From Haliotis cracherodii (Eukaryota), in contig NW_027266274.1 in assembly GCF_022045235.1 (NCBI RefSeq), forward strand, positions 6,634,001 through 6,698,000: a stretch of DNA of 64,000 nucleotides, given 5' to 3'. The position numbers and the translations under genes were made by a program. The notes below the pieces were generated by a model. It searched no databases and was not told the DNA's origin. It saw nothing but the letters and a program-made list of their open reading frames with translations. This document shows, in pieces, positions 40,746 through 54,000 of this stretch (position 1 is the first letter of the stretch; each line of letters begins with the position of its first letter).

Positions 40746-41499
40746 TAAATTATTTAAGGATAAACTGTAATAATTTGACATTATGATAATTGATCATAAT
40801 TGACTTGTTCGGTACATTTTGAATGAAGTTTCAATGAATGCAGCATTGCCATAGTAATCGTCTTTCAGACACTGGGGGTCGTTTTGACCATAACTTTTCA
40901 GATTATTGCCTCGCGTGATATTGATTTGTCTGGTTCAATTGGTTCAGTGCTTGTCATGCTCAAAACAAATGTATTTTTCCAACTTATTTGTCGGGAAGAC
41001 ATGATCAGCTATGTCACTTTTATGTAAGTTAATTGCAGTTTAACCCAGAACTATCAGACTTGAAATATTGAGAGAATTGGATTCGTGTCTTGTTCGCGTA
41101 TGTGTAGCAATAATTTTAGTTACGTGACGCCCATTCTGAAAATGAAAGTTGTAGAATTCAGGTTTTGGGTTATCAGCTGTCACAGTTGTGATTGAAGTAG
41201 ACCTTAGGCCATTAAAAGTGTGTTAAGACTCTTTATGTTATGGATCGGAATTGGCTTATTGTAAAACGTTCAGTCACGCGGGAAGGGTTAGCTTTATTCC
41301 AAGCAATCATTAAAAAAAATACTTCTGATAAATAGACAGTATACATCGACTTGAACTGTTTATAAAAAGAAAAGAAAATGTATACAATTCATTTAAAAAT
41401 ATTTTGTTGTTCAGTCATAAATGGTACAACAAGTCAAAAACAACAAATTCGTGGCACTTTGGATGAAGCTAAAAAAGCAATGAAACACATCTGGGGGCA

Positions 41500-42350
41500 T
41501 AACTGTCACTTTTCACACAAAAATAGATGAAAGCTTCTGAACACTTCCATAGCACCTCAAGTAATGGATTCGATGTCTTGTGTGACCTTTATTGGGTATG
41601 CGACCCCGCTCCTCCAATAACACACGTTCCTGCTGCTGTACTTTGTTCACAAGCTTGGACGTTGTATTATCTACTGCGTAAGATGTTCCCAAAAATGTTC
41701 TATCAGTGAGAAGTTGGGTGAGCAAGACGGCCAAGGAGTATGTTAGCAGCGTGATGCCTTGCATTGTCCTGTTGGAGCAGTATCCCTTGGGGCTGTCTTC
41801 TGTGAAAGGCTGCGGAATGGCATCTCTGTAACGTTGGGTGTTCACAATGTATGTCCTCGGATGACGTGCCTTCCTGACACCACAAATCAGGCCTCACACC
41901 AAGATGCCCCCGCCTCAAAAAGGTTGGCATCATCGGATGCATCCAAAAGCCAATCGTCGTTACCCGCGCATCCGATCATCAGAGTGGAACACGTTAAATC
42001 TGCTCTCGTCACTGACCAATACCCTTTGACGTTGGGCGTTCATAAATGTATGTCCTTGGATGCATCCAAAATCCAATCATGGATACACCCTCGTGCGATA
42101 ATCAGGATGGAACACGTTAAACCTGCTCTCGTAGCTGACCAGTACCCTTTGACCAATTTCATCGAACAGTTCGAGACCACTGGCGTCTTTTTCGCCGATG
42201 ATGACGGGTCATGTGATCAAGGCCAGTCTGCGGTGGGTTCTGTAGGTCCAAATTCCTGCAGCATACGAAAAAGTCTTGACAACGTCCATGACGTCACCGC
42301 AGATGGTAGCCTCCTGTTGGGTGGTCACACATGGTCTACCGATTGGTGAC
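41500..42350 (-). mobile_element. Decayed Tc1-like transposase fragment
   Basis: Frameshifted pieces LQRYRDAIPQP and LLQQDNARHHAAN (QQDNARPH motif). No clear TIRs found. Confidence 0.65.
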
Positions 42351-43454
42351 TTGTCCCTCATGTGCTCAGCATGGTAGTATCGCTGAAGTCATGTGGCATT
42401 TGTTTCGCATGTTTTTATGGACAGTGATGTTTTGAGATTGTATACTCTCTATTCATTTTCATCTAGTGCTGTCATAAAACACCTTTTTCATAATTCAATC
42501 TAACACTATATACTTTCCTTTGATCTGTAGTATGCTTCAGCTCGAGGGTGGCCAAGCATGTAAAGATTAGTTTGTTTGTTTTTTGCCGCTATACGTATAT
42601 ATATCGATGAACAAACATACATATGGAGGATTGCCCCTTTCATACACGAATGCTTAGGAAGGGAACGTAGAGACATATGACAAACAAAAGAAGGTTTACG
42701 GTTTTATATTATGAACATATCACATCCTATCGACAAATAACACCAAGTTGGGAGTATCTGATGGGAGAATAAATCTTCAAACAAGCTGAGGTCTCCGCAA
42801 TGCTTAATGATGTGTTTCGCGACCAGATTATCATCTGAGGGATGCTGAACCTAGGGATGAGGAAGATTATGTCGACGTATTCACCTACAATCACCAACTG
42901 ACAAACAATGAGTGATTTCAGATGAACAATTGACTTACCTTTGCATGTGTTTGTAACGGGTGACACGGGTGGGGCAAGATGCGCCAAAAATCATCACTAT
43001 TTGATAAGGATTCATAATCACATGCTCATGCTATAGTCGGAATCGTACACTCGACTTTGCTCTCGGCAGATATGTCTTATGAATATGGAAAGGATTTTGT
43101 CGCTATTATTCCCAGACCCGATGCTCGTACTGAAAATGAGTCCTTATGCAATTACGATGGCGATCCATAACAGTATTGTGTATGTGGGCGTTGTGAATGT
43201 ATGGTTTCAATAATAAGGATATTATTTTTTGGAAAAAATACCGTCTTTCAGAACCAAAGTAATTATTCATTTTTTTCAAGTAAATGACATTTGTTGTTTG
43301 CCCTGCTATTTGTCACTGGTGTTAATCGACATTCGGAAAGTCATTCTTTCCAAATATAAGGATGGTTGTGGCGTGATGAGGTTGTATATCCCTAGCTAGC
43401 TATTGTTGAGTTATTGAGTTATGAGTATGTATGTATTCAATCATGTATTACCAG

Positions 43455-43570
43455 GCCTGCTGGTAGCTGTGATCGACCATGAGCACGTCAAATTACGGCT
43501 GCTATACAGTCGGAAGAAAAAATTGGACAAGACTGTCGAGAATCTCCGGAACGAGGTTGACGAGCTCAAG
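43455..43570 (+). CDS. Hv3-like exon: end of S4 and coiled coil (S-LLVAVIDHEHVKLRLLYSRKKKLDKTVENLRNEVDELK)
   Basis: Acceptor ttaccag|GC completes AGC (Ser) with the previous exon. Donor AAG|gttggt (phase 0). Heptad-like Leu/Val spacing as in the Hv dimerisation coil. Confidence 0.9.
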
Positions 43571-44092
43571 GTTGGTGTCATGTTTCGTGAGGCTCACGGA
43601 ACTGTTTACATTTCTACACAAATCATCTGGACGTTATGCCACGGAATTAACAGAAGACATTACTACCATGGACTTTGGTTTTAAGAATTGGCATAAAGGC
43701 ATTATTTTCGTCTCGATACTGACACTTGAGAAACATAATAAATAATAAAGCACGCGTCATTGTAGGTCAATTAGAAGGATGTCTGTCGTATGTTTGTACT
43801 GATAACTTGGGTTCTGGATTGTGTCACTGTGCTTTCCTTTCAACCCTTTCAAAATATTTTTTCTTTTGCTGTTTTGATGTAAAAAAAAGGTTAAGGAAAT
43901 GTCATGTTGCTGTATCGGATCTGCCTTAATTTCTGTCAGTATGAAAAAAGTTCCTGGTTACAAAAGAACGTAGTATTACAACAGTCCGGTTGTTTAACTC
44001 GATTCAGTTTAAGATGCCCTCGTTTTTCGCGTGATTGCATAGAAACATTCATTACCTCGGTTTATAACCTCATTCTGTCTTGCTCTAAACAG

Positions 44093-44165
44093 GGTCTGCT
44101 TCAAGATGTTCGGAGTTTTTGTGTGAAAGAAGGATTGGAGGAATGGAAGCTTGATAACCTCTTGG
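44093..44165 (+). CDS. Hv3-like exon (GLLQDVRSFCVKEGLEEWKLDNLL-G)
   Basis: Acceptor ttgctctaaacag| and donor G|gtaagt. Phases 0/1 fit both neighbouring exons. Confidence 0.85.
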
Positions 44166-45248
44166 GTAAGTTAAAACTATATGTACTGTTACGATGGAAT
44201 ATTCCACATATGTGCATTTGTTACATGTCCAATGTTTCTCATCAGAGCTTGGTTCAAAATGACAAGGTCACAATGTCTTTTTTTTATTTTTAAACGTCAG
44301 GCAAAACATTTGTTCAAAGTTAGCAACAATGGATGAAAAATGTAGGCAGGAAAAGATAACTCTGCAGTTAAAATCCGGAAAATCGTGGTCGAGGATAAAA
44401 ACCGGACGATATGCCGGACAGAACCAATGACTACAGATTACCTTTAAATTGTTTTTTAAAAGACTCGTACGATGATGAGAGACTTTGTAAGACCTTTTTA
44501 GAACAGCTTAACATACCTTTCTAATTTGTAGTGGTTGTATTTCATCCTGAAACATCCTTGTGTAATGCAGTTTGATGGAAGTTGTACATCTTCCGTACCA
44601 CCTCTCATTAATGCCAGGCTGCCGCACTTTCCTCATCAGAAATCCTTCTTCCAAACTTCCTAATACGATTTTACATTTGAAGCTCCCTTTATTTCAAAGT
44701 TTCCGGGGTTTTTTTTTCATTTCGGGATAATGGGAGCGACGTCATCAGTTTGAAACTTACGTGACCTCGTAAGGAAGAACAGTCACTTTGGATACAATTG
44801 ATTTGTTAAATGTGCAGAAGATACCTACAAAACCGGTTTATCGATCCTATGAGTAGCGGCAACGCCAATTCAATTTAGCGGTATCTTCACATTTCACTTA
44901 TTACGTAACCACACATCAGGTTATTTAAGTCGATTAGGCTTTTAAAGCACCAAGGAACGCTCATAAAACACCTGTGTTGCACATTTATTGGGCTTTAAAA
45001 GCATTTAGGTATTGGAGCTGATGTTTCTGTCCTAATAATTCTCATGCCCAGGCGTTCTAAAGCACTCGAATGGAATTACCTTAAACAGAGGGAGGTTGCT
45101 CCTTGTGTTAATGCATTTAAATGTTCAGACTTGTCAGTGACATTAGTATATCCGTTGGTACCATGGCATACCTCAAGGCTGTTTTGTCTTAACGCATTAA
45201 TCACACTGGTAACTTATTTGCTTCAAGCTGGCCACTCAGCCAAGCCAG

Positions 45249-45413
45249 TGAGTGAGTGAGTATGGTTTTACGCCGCTTTTAGCAATATTCCCGCAATATC
45301 ACGGCGGGGGACACCAGAAATGGGCTTCGCACATTGTGCCCATGTCGGGAATCGAACCCGGGTCTTCGGCGTGACGAGCGAACGCTTTAACCACTAGGCT
45401 ACCCGACCGCCCC
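45249..45413 (-). mobile_element. tRNA-derived SINE family B (about 170 bp, tRNA-Asp/Glu-like head), young copy
   Basis: A box gtagcctagtggtt, B box ggttcgattccc, (tgag)n tail, TSD tcagccaagccag on both sides. Confidence 0.9.
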
Positions 45414-46602
45414 TCAGCCAAGCCAGAGATGTATAGTAAGTCATAAATAAACATGTATTATAGCTACGATTGTATCCATAATATCTTCAGTACACAAGAG
45501 GGAGAAACATATGAGTCATTTTTACCCTGTATTCTAAGGGGATAGTTTGGAATACATGCTCTGGCACCATAAGTATAGCTTGTTAACATAAACGAACTGA
45601 CAATCGGACGAAAAAAATCAAACGGAATTTTCTTTTCGGAACATGCGTCTCCCTTTTAAGCGAAAAGTAATTTATTTTTTTTGTGGCTCACCCAATCTAT
45701 CACTCTCCGTCTATAGCCTGTATTAAGCAAACAGAGCTGGTGCACAATCCACCAGGCTTAACACGAAGACGTCATGGAGCAAATAACACAGGACCCTTAA
45801 CATCCCATGCCATACTTCTCTGCTCCCTGTAGGAAAGTAACGTGATCGATCAACAACCATATCACTGTAAGATCTGGCATAACTGATGTTTTCCTTTGGA
45901 CATATGCAGGTTTACCTAAGTATTTTTTAGCTTCCAGTACATGTATATGATTTAGCTCTAACACTTTCGCCCTGATATATAAACAGATCCTCCAGCCATG
46001 ATAGAGTACCAAACTTCCATATGTAAACAGTTCAATAGCTGATATATTTTGCTCCCAATTGCGCAACACGATCCTACTTTTATATCAGCCACCACGTGCG
46101 TTTCACCGCCGTTGCTATGTAACATTTGATGTATTGTTTGTTGGTTTTCCCTAACAGCCGTCTCATGCGCAGACTACCAGTTTGTGTGGACAGCGAGTAG
46201 GCTGTTGAAGTGAGTGACGCACGCATCTTATGACGTCAGCTTAGCCTATTATGACGTCATCGTTATTGAAAACACGTGCACGTTTCACTTCACTATTATA
46301 ATCTCAATCTAGTTTGCAGTATATGCTTTTTGTTTAAATACACTGTTATAACTGAGTTTCAAATCTGTTTATCAATGATTTCTACTAATTCAAATGCAAG
46401 GACTATGAGAGTTATGAAACATTTAATCCGAATTCAATAACTTCAGGTTTCTTTTCATTTTTTCTTTCCGATTATAGTTCCTTGCAACAATTTCTTGAAG
46501 AATGTCACAGATGTAACCAATATATTGGAAACATGTAGGGCTACTGTTGCATGGTCACTGTTAAACAAATACTTATACTTGTCTTGTGTCTTCATACGAA
46601 TG

Positions 46603-46835
46603 TACCCGGCTAGAGAATATGTCTTCAGCAACCCATGCTTGCCGTAAAAGAGGCGACTAACGGGATCGGGTGATCAGGCTCGCTGATACATGTCATCGTA
46701 TCCCAACTGTGTAGATCGATGTTCACGATGTCAATCACTGGATTGTCTTGTCCAGACTCGATTATTTACAGACTGCCGTGATATAGCTGGAATATTGCTG
46801 GGTGCGACCTTAAACAACAGACAAACAAAACAAAC
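46603..46835 (+). mobile_element. Family A retroposon
   Basis: Homology, with an (acaa)n tail. Confidence 0.8.
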
Positions 46836-47495
46836 AATGCTCATGATTGGGGTTCGAATCCAAGAATTGCCCTCATGATTATGTCATCCTCGGTTTGGCA
46901 GCACTATACCAGTGCTGGTTTCACCAAAGTGACTGAAATTCTGTTCAAAGCGGCGCAATACCCCTACCATTGACACTCTCACATGGATGCCCTTTATAAG
47001 TCTGAATATTCTACACCGCCAACTCATCAACATTTTCAATCATGCACAAGTCTGTAACTCTTCATTTGTCTGTCTATCCATCTTCGTCAGCAGCAAAGTA
47101 ACCAATATGATTTGTCAGTGTGTATAATACAATATACATGTATTTGCAATTGTACATGTAAATTACTATTTAGTTTTAACAAATGATCTCCATTTTTAAT
47201 ATTGATATTTGTCATAGTACCTTTCCTTATAAGAAATAACATTTTCTTGCAAAATGAATGTCTTTTAGAGTTATGCAGTTGTACAAACATATTATTACGC
47301 TTGTCAAATATAATAATGATTCCTGTGTTTAAAAATGTAAGTTATATGTAAAAAGAATCAAATGTTGGCTATAACTTTCATGTCTGAGTATTATTTTCGA
47401 ATTAAGCGTACGGAAGTAATTGGGTTTAATGTCCAATATGTTAATATGATCTGTAATAATGATGATAAAATAATACCCCCTACTCCTATACACTA

Positions 47496-47740
47496 CCCGT
47501 GAAGATCCGAGTAAGAATTGGTCTTCAGCAAACCATGCTTGTCGTGAGAGGCGGCTAACGGGATCGGGCGGTCAGGTCGCTGACTTGGAAGATGCATGTC
47601 ATCGTATCCCAATTGCATGGATCGATGTTCATGATATCAATCAATGGAGTGTCTGATCCAGAATCGATTATTGACAGACCGACGTCATATAGCTAGAAAT
47701 ATTGGTGAGTGTGACGTTAAACAACAAACAAACAAACAAA
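47496..47740 (+). mobile_element. Family A retroposon, full length
   Basis: acccgtgaagatccgagtaagaattggtcttc...gttaaacaacaaacaaacaaac. Confidence 0.85.
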
Positions 47741-47800
47741 CTGAAGGAGCAAACAAAACGCAAGGTGGCCCTTTTACACCATTTTGTTATCTTAAGGATA

Positions 47801-48853
47801 TACTCTTCACAAAAAGAAACGCAAAGCCAGATTTGTGTGAGGTACGAAAATACAGTCATTCATATGAGGAACCGTAGATGGTATTGAGCTAAACTGTTGT
47901 GGAGAGAACACTTGGTGATTGTTGTCATCTTAGTTATCGGTACATAGGAAAAGTCCAAGGTGAAGGTCAGCTACCATCAATAACGCTGTATACGATCGGC
48001 CGTTGTCCTTCTGTAATACACCGTTGCCGTTGGCTGGACGTATGGTAGGAGAATTTCGTTGATGTATCGTTGAGCCGTAAGATTGCCCTGGATATGGACC
48101 AAACCTGTCCTCCATGATGAGAGATAACCGCCCACATCATAACGCTACACCCACCAAACCTGTCCACTTCCTGTACGTAGTTTCCGGCGTAACGTTCTCC
48201 CTGACGTCTGTAGACCCGTTCTCTTCCATCCCTTCGACGGAGGATAAATCTTGATTCGTCGCTGAACCAGACGTCTCTCCATTGTAGTTGAGGCTACACT
48301 TTGTGTTGACAACACCAATGCAGTCGTTGTTGACGATGTTGTCGAACAGGACGTCTTGCTCATAGACCAGTTGCTCTTAAACGTACTGTCTGGTTGGAGA
48401 TTCTGCACAGTCCTGATATTTGGGATGCGGTTGAGGTGGCTGTGTTCGTCCTTTCATGTAGGTGGCGCAGTCGGATGTAGAGATCTTGGGCGGGGATGGT
48501 TACTCTTGGTCGTCCCGACCTTGGTCTCGGCATGTTGTTGAACTGTCACTGTTCGATTGACACAGATGCTATGCAATCAAAAAACATACACATCAATACC
48601 GTTCATAGTGCTGCTGCATGGGCAGTGCGTGCAGCTCCATGGCCCTTTTGTTAATGCACTGGGTGCGTTATTTTCCGAATCCTACGTGTTTCCCAACTAA
48701 TGGTTTGCATGTCCTTGTTGGGATCATTTTGATCCGGGAAATTTGTTACTGACTCTATAACACATGAAACCTCTTCATTTTGCACCTATTGGTCCAGTAA
48801 TTTTGCTTTTATAGCCAAACATATCCGTATTGCGTTTCTTGTTTTGAAGAGAA
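47801..48853 (-). mobile_element. Decayed Tc1/mariner DNA transposon with TIRs and TA target-site duplication
   Basis: Left end TA|tactcttcacaaaaagaaacgcaa is the inverse of right end ttgcgtttcttgttttgaagagaa|TA. Frameshifted transposase pieces (DRFGGCSVMMWAVIS) on the - strand. Confidence 0.8.
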
Positions 48854-49557
48854 TACATGCATGTACACCCAGTTGTATGTAAAAAGAATTAAAAAAAGGG
48901 AAAACGTACGTTCCCCGTTTGGATAAAATGCAATCGAGCCACCATCAGCTGTTGGAAACTATTCGTCATCCCAACTAAGAAACGTTTGGCATTGGCGTTC
49001 ATTCCATGTTGTTTCGATACTTTTTTTACAAATAATGTGCCGGGCAAAAGAAAATTTTGACCCATATTTGATGGTGGCTAAAATGAAACAAACAAGAAAT
49101 AGTCTTTGAAAGGCATTTAGAAGTGATACACGTAAGGAAGAGAGTTCATGGATGCCAACTTCTTTATTGAATGTTGTCTTCCTCCTAATATGGCGTTGAC
49201 ATCCATAAATAGCTTCCTGAAAACAAGAAATAGTTATTCGTTTATGGTGCATTTGATATGGGTATCGTGGTTGTGTTTTTTACCTCAAAGTGTTTTGGCG
49301 ACTGCTTTCAGTCCAATAACGTTTTTTTAACGTTTGTAATTCTCTGGTCAATTTCAAGTGTACACTTTCATTTGCCCGACAGTATAATTCTTACAGTGTA
49401 AACTAAACTGCCAAAAAATATAAAATAATAGTATCTTGCTGAAAACCAGATATTCTTACCTAAATAACTTAGATATAGATGTAAAACACAAATTGGTGTC
49501 ATCAACATAATACACTACCCTTACGTCAGTTTCAATTTGCCTGTATCTTTTTTACAG

Positions 49558-49925
49558 GAAGATTCGCCCCAAGACGCCGAAAGGACTCCAAGTTCTACAC
49601 ACTGGTGAAGCTAGTAATGAGCACAGCATCAGTAGCTGATGACAAGGACTCTGTCAGTTCCTCCTCCATGGAGATGGAGATCAATGAGTTCGCGCGTAGG
49701 AACACAGTGCTTAATGACGAAGGTAGCACATGCACCAGCAACGAGAACACTGTTAGCAGTATAAACTTTCTCACTGTGCCCACCTACGATGATTGCCGTT
49801 CCATGTCAGACAACGAAAGCGATAGGGGTGACTCCTCTCGGCGAAGCTCCTTCAATGACTTAAATTCTGCATCTAAGAAAAAACGAAAAAAATCCCCGAA
49901 TCGTGTAAATTTCAAAATACCCTAG
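49558..49925 (+). CDS. Hv3-like terminal coding exon: Ser-rich cytoplasmic tail ending ...KKKRKKSPNRVNFKIP*
   Basis: Acceptor tcttttttacag|GA completes GGA. Open to TAG at 49923-49925. The five exons total 750 nt (249 aa plus stop) with no internal stop. Confidence 0.85.
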
Positions 49926-51704
49926 AATTTATGGGACCTCGTTTTTGTTCACAGACGAAAGATGTGCATTGGACTATTTTGGTAAAAATATGACCTCAAG
50001 AGGGAAAATGTTCATTTTAGTGGATTGTGATGAGATTCCGGATTGATCATTCCTACGCTTATCCATGCTGCTAAATTAGAGATTATTAAGCTGGAAAACA
50101 TAATATATAAAAAGCTACTGAGGAAGGAAGTAAAAGATACATTGAGATGATCATGTTGTTTTTTTAATTGGCAATTAAAACCGAAAACATATCCTGTGAA
50201 TGAAAAATTATCACGATGTACGACGCTATTAACAATGTTTCAGCAATTTCATTTCAATGAGATTGTAATGTTGTACCCTCGTAAGAAATCAAACCCGGGA
50301 TTTCGGCTTGATGATACAACGCTTCCCCAGGCTACCTCACTGCCCCCTCATGAAAATAAAGCATGACGCATCTGATACAACAGGAAAAACTATAATTGAA
50401 TATGAAAATATAGCAAATCACATCAAAGTATGCAATGGGATGTCAGAAGAGGATTGGCATGATTTCATGGGTTCAGATCACAAACAACACAATACTTTAG
50501 ATCTATTTACAAACAATCTACAATTACAAAGTAACAGCATATCAGCTTTCATGATGCACCATTCTGCCATTTACAAACCACGCCATACCATAAATGCGTT
50601 TTGGATCCCAATTTTCAGAAGGAACGCCAGGTATAAATCGATTGTTGTCACACGAAGTGTAAGCTGGTAGGAAATGCCAGAGTTCTAGTATCACGCTAAT
50701 TGGACATTACAGACTGTGGCCAGATTCGACAAGTCCCCATAGGTCAGCCCGAGTAGATCATTAGATCGGAGGAGTATTGGTATGATAAAGACGTTCGTAC
50801 AAATGGTATGCTTGACAACAATGCTGGATATCCCATCGGATCCTTTATGCTTGGCGTGCTGTAATATTTAACGGTGGGCAGACGTTAGGTATCAGTATAT
50901 CATTACATATCAATATTTTATTAAATGCTTTCTGAAAAAGGTTCCATGTACATTATTATGAATTATTATATGAATATAACTTTTGTAATAGCCCAACTAG
51001 AGGTTTAATTGGATGGATGGATATTTTAAACAATTAAATCAATGAACATTCTTTCACTATGTGTTGAAAGCAATCATTTATGCCGTAATCCCGGTCTGAC
51101 ATCAATAATCTTGTGCTTATTGATCACTTTTTTGAGCATCGAAGTAACCAATCTGTCTTCGAATACTTCAATCAGAATGGCCATTAAGTGACGTTACGTC
51201 GGAGTGTTTGATTGGTCCGACCAACCCCCGCCACTGTCAGTGTCTGTGATTGGCTGAAGTGCCTTGCTAGAATACCTCTGTCGGAAGCCTGGATTTGTGG
51301 AAATGTTGTAGATACCCATGCAAAATACTTGTTAAGTCAGTTAGTTCGTACGAACTAAACTAATTTTGATTTGATTTGAACTTGTTTTATTCACACAATT
51401 GACCTTCTGAAATACAAGTGAATGAAAGTTATGATACTTTCTCATAATCGCTTCTTAGTTTCGTTTTAGTTTTTGGTTGTTATTGTTCTTTTTAAGGTAG
51501 GTGGGGGTTGGAAGAATGTGGATCCGAGGCAATGTGCTGTGTTTGAGAAAATAGTGTCCTTCCGTGGTATTCAATCAGGACTGTCTAACTTACTTCCGTC
51601 AACTAAAACGTTGATTTGTTGGTCTTGTTAAATCTGAGAAAGCATAACTATTTTACGCGTAGCATTATGATAATTTATTTGTACATTTGACCATATATTA
51701 GATT

Positions 51705-52165
51705 AACTACTAGACAATTTAAACACAAACTAGCTACAGTCACAGACAGTTTAAACACAAACTAGCTACAGCTACCAGACAGTTCAAACATAAACTAGCA
51801 ACAGCTATCAGACAGTTTAAACACAAACTAGCTACAGCTACCAGACAGTTCAAACATAAACTAGCAACAGCTCTCAGACAGATTGTACATAAACTAGCAA
51901 CAGCTATCAGACAGTTTAAACATAAACTAGCTACGGTCACAGACAGATTGTACATAACAAGCTACAGCTACAAGTTCAAACATAAACTAGCTACGGTCAC
52001 AGACAGTTTAAACATAAACTTTCTACAGCTACCAGACAATTTAAACATAGATTAGTCACAGTCACAGACAGATTAAACATTAACTAGCTACAGCTACCAG
52101 ACAGTTTAAACATAAACTTGCTACGGCCGCAGACAAATTAAACATTAGCTAGCTACAGTCAATAG
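51705..52165. repeat. 33-bp minisatellite (agacagtttaaacataaactagctacagctacc)
   Basis: About 14 units. 11-aa periodicity in the - strand ORF. Confidence 0.85.
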
Positions 52166-53631
52166 CCTGACTGAACATGCAGTAGAATCGTAAATATTCC
52201 AAGCAACTATGCTCACAACATTTTATCAATTTTCGACTTTTCTGTTTCTCCAGCTTCTACCTTTGTCGTTAAATCTTTCCATTAGTAGCCCCGCAAAACG
52301 TTGGTCCAGAACATAAACTCCCAAATCGTTAAGACTATGACAATGTGCTTGTGCTGTAGCTCTCACATGACGCCACGACGTCCTCCAGCAACAAGAACGC
52401 ACATGCCACTTGCTTTCCTTGATGCATATTGATCACGACGATATATGATAACGTAAGGTATATTTTTGTAAATAATAGGGTAATATATAATGACAAATGT
52501 ATACGGTGTTGATAATCATGCTGTTTGTAGATATGTACATTGCTATGAAAGTATTTTCCTGATTATGACACGTGCTAGGCAAAAATGGTAGCGAATGAGT
52601 GATATTGTATACCTGTTAAAATGTAACCTTAGGATGGCAGTACAAAAAACATCGTTATCCTCACTACCCCGGATATGTAGTCGTGCTCGGATATGCTAAC
52701 GAATATGTTAACCGTCCCTGATATGCTGAATACTGTGTCAACGAGCCAGGATGTGCTGATGAAATAATTATCGTATCTGTTTATCTGATGGTGTGCTAAC
52801 TGATCTGGTGTCCTGTTGAATGTGTCTCCTGACCATGATAAGCTGATGAATATGGTAACACGCTAATATGCGGATTCACTGGATCGCGGATGAAGATGTT
52901 AACGGCTAAATGGACCAGATATGCTGTGACATGATGTTGCGGATGACATCACCAACAGCTTTTCTCAGCTACAGAGCGGAGGTTATGATATACCATCAGC
53001 TACTGGAATGACATGTGATAGCACCAGAACTGAATATCCACAAGATATCCTCAAAGACCCAAATGTGACGAGGAATATGTTTTGTTACCGTGATAGGATC
53101 AGTGATATTATCAGTTACCTGGACATACTGAGATATACCTGAAGTGAACCACACACTGTATATATCATGTTTGATATATCCAATGAACCAATTCAGGGAA
53201 ATGAATGAAAAGAAGCAACTGTGTTGTCAGATGTCGTGTCGTTGTTTGTACATATGACAGAAGAATGTTTCAAAACTTGTTTTGTGCTGTTTGTATATTT
53301 CCCAAACATAGATGTAAATATTATGTTGATGCAAACAAAACTGGTGTAGCTAACTTATTTGTGTTGGACAACACTCATTTATTGATATACTTCTTTTCAG
53401 GTGAGGCCACAGGGATTATCATGGAAGTGATAGATGGAGATCTACACTAGAGGGTTAGGTTTAGCATATGACGTCACATTCACTGACCAAAACCACGTGT
53501 GTATTACGATCTTTTACTTCATGACTTACTGAATCTTAAGAAACCTAATTTCCTAAAGATTATTGAGATTTCAAATAAGAGCTTAGAGGTGGGAAATCAG
53601 GTTGTTGATGCAGTTATGTCTGAGCAAGAGA

Positions 53632-54000
53632 AGGGGCGGTAGATAATGTAGCCTAGTGGTTAAAACGTTCGCTTATCACGTCGAAGACCTGGGTTCAATT
53701 TTCCATAGAGTTACAATGTCTAGTGTCACCCGCCGTGATATTGCTGGAATACTGCTAAAGCGTGATAACCACACTCACTCACTGAGCAAGATAACCCCCT
53801 GAAAGTGAAATGTATTTGATGAATGAGGGAATAGTGCAGACGAATGGGTAACCTGGTAGTTAAAGCGTTGGCTCGTCACGCCGAAGACCCGGGTTCTATT
53901 CCCCACGTGGGTACAATGTATGAAGCTTATTTCTGGTGTCCCCTGCCGTGATATTGCTGGAATATCGCCAAAAGCGGCGTAAAACCAAACTCACTCACTC
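53632..54000 (+). mobile_element. Two SINE family B copies (about 53632-53782 and 53845-54000) in the putative 3'UTR
   Basis: A/B boxes and (actc)n tails. First copy has TSD ctgagcaaga. Confidence 0.85.

Noticed and set aside
46230-46260. Paired TGACGTCA (CRE-like) motifs, also at about 13331-13356
   Set aside because: They lie in MITE-like or intronic sequence with no evidence of a promoter.
50308-50670. 120-aa ORF after the stop codon
   Set aside because: No recognisable domain or splice support. Probably 3'UTR.
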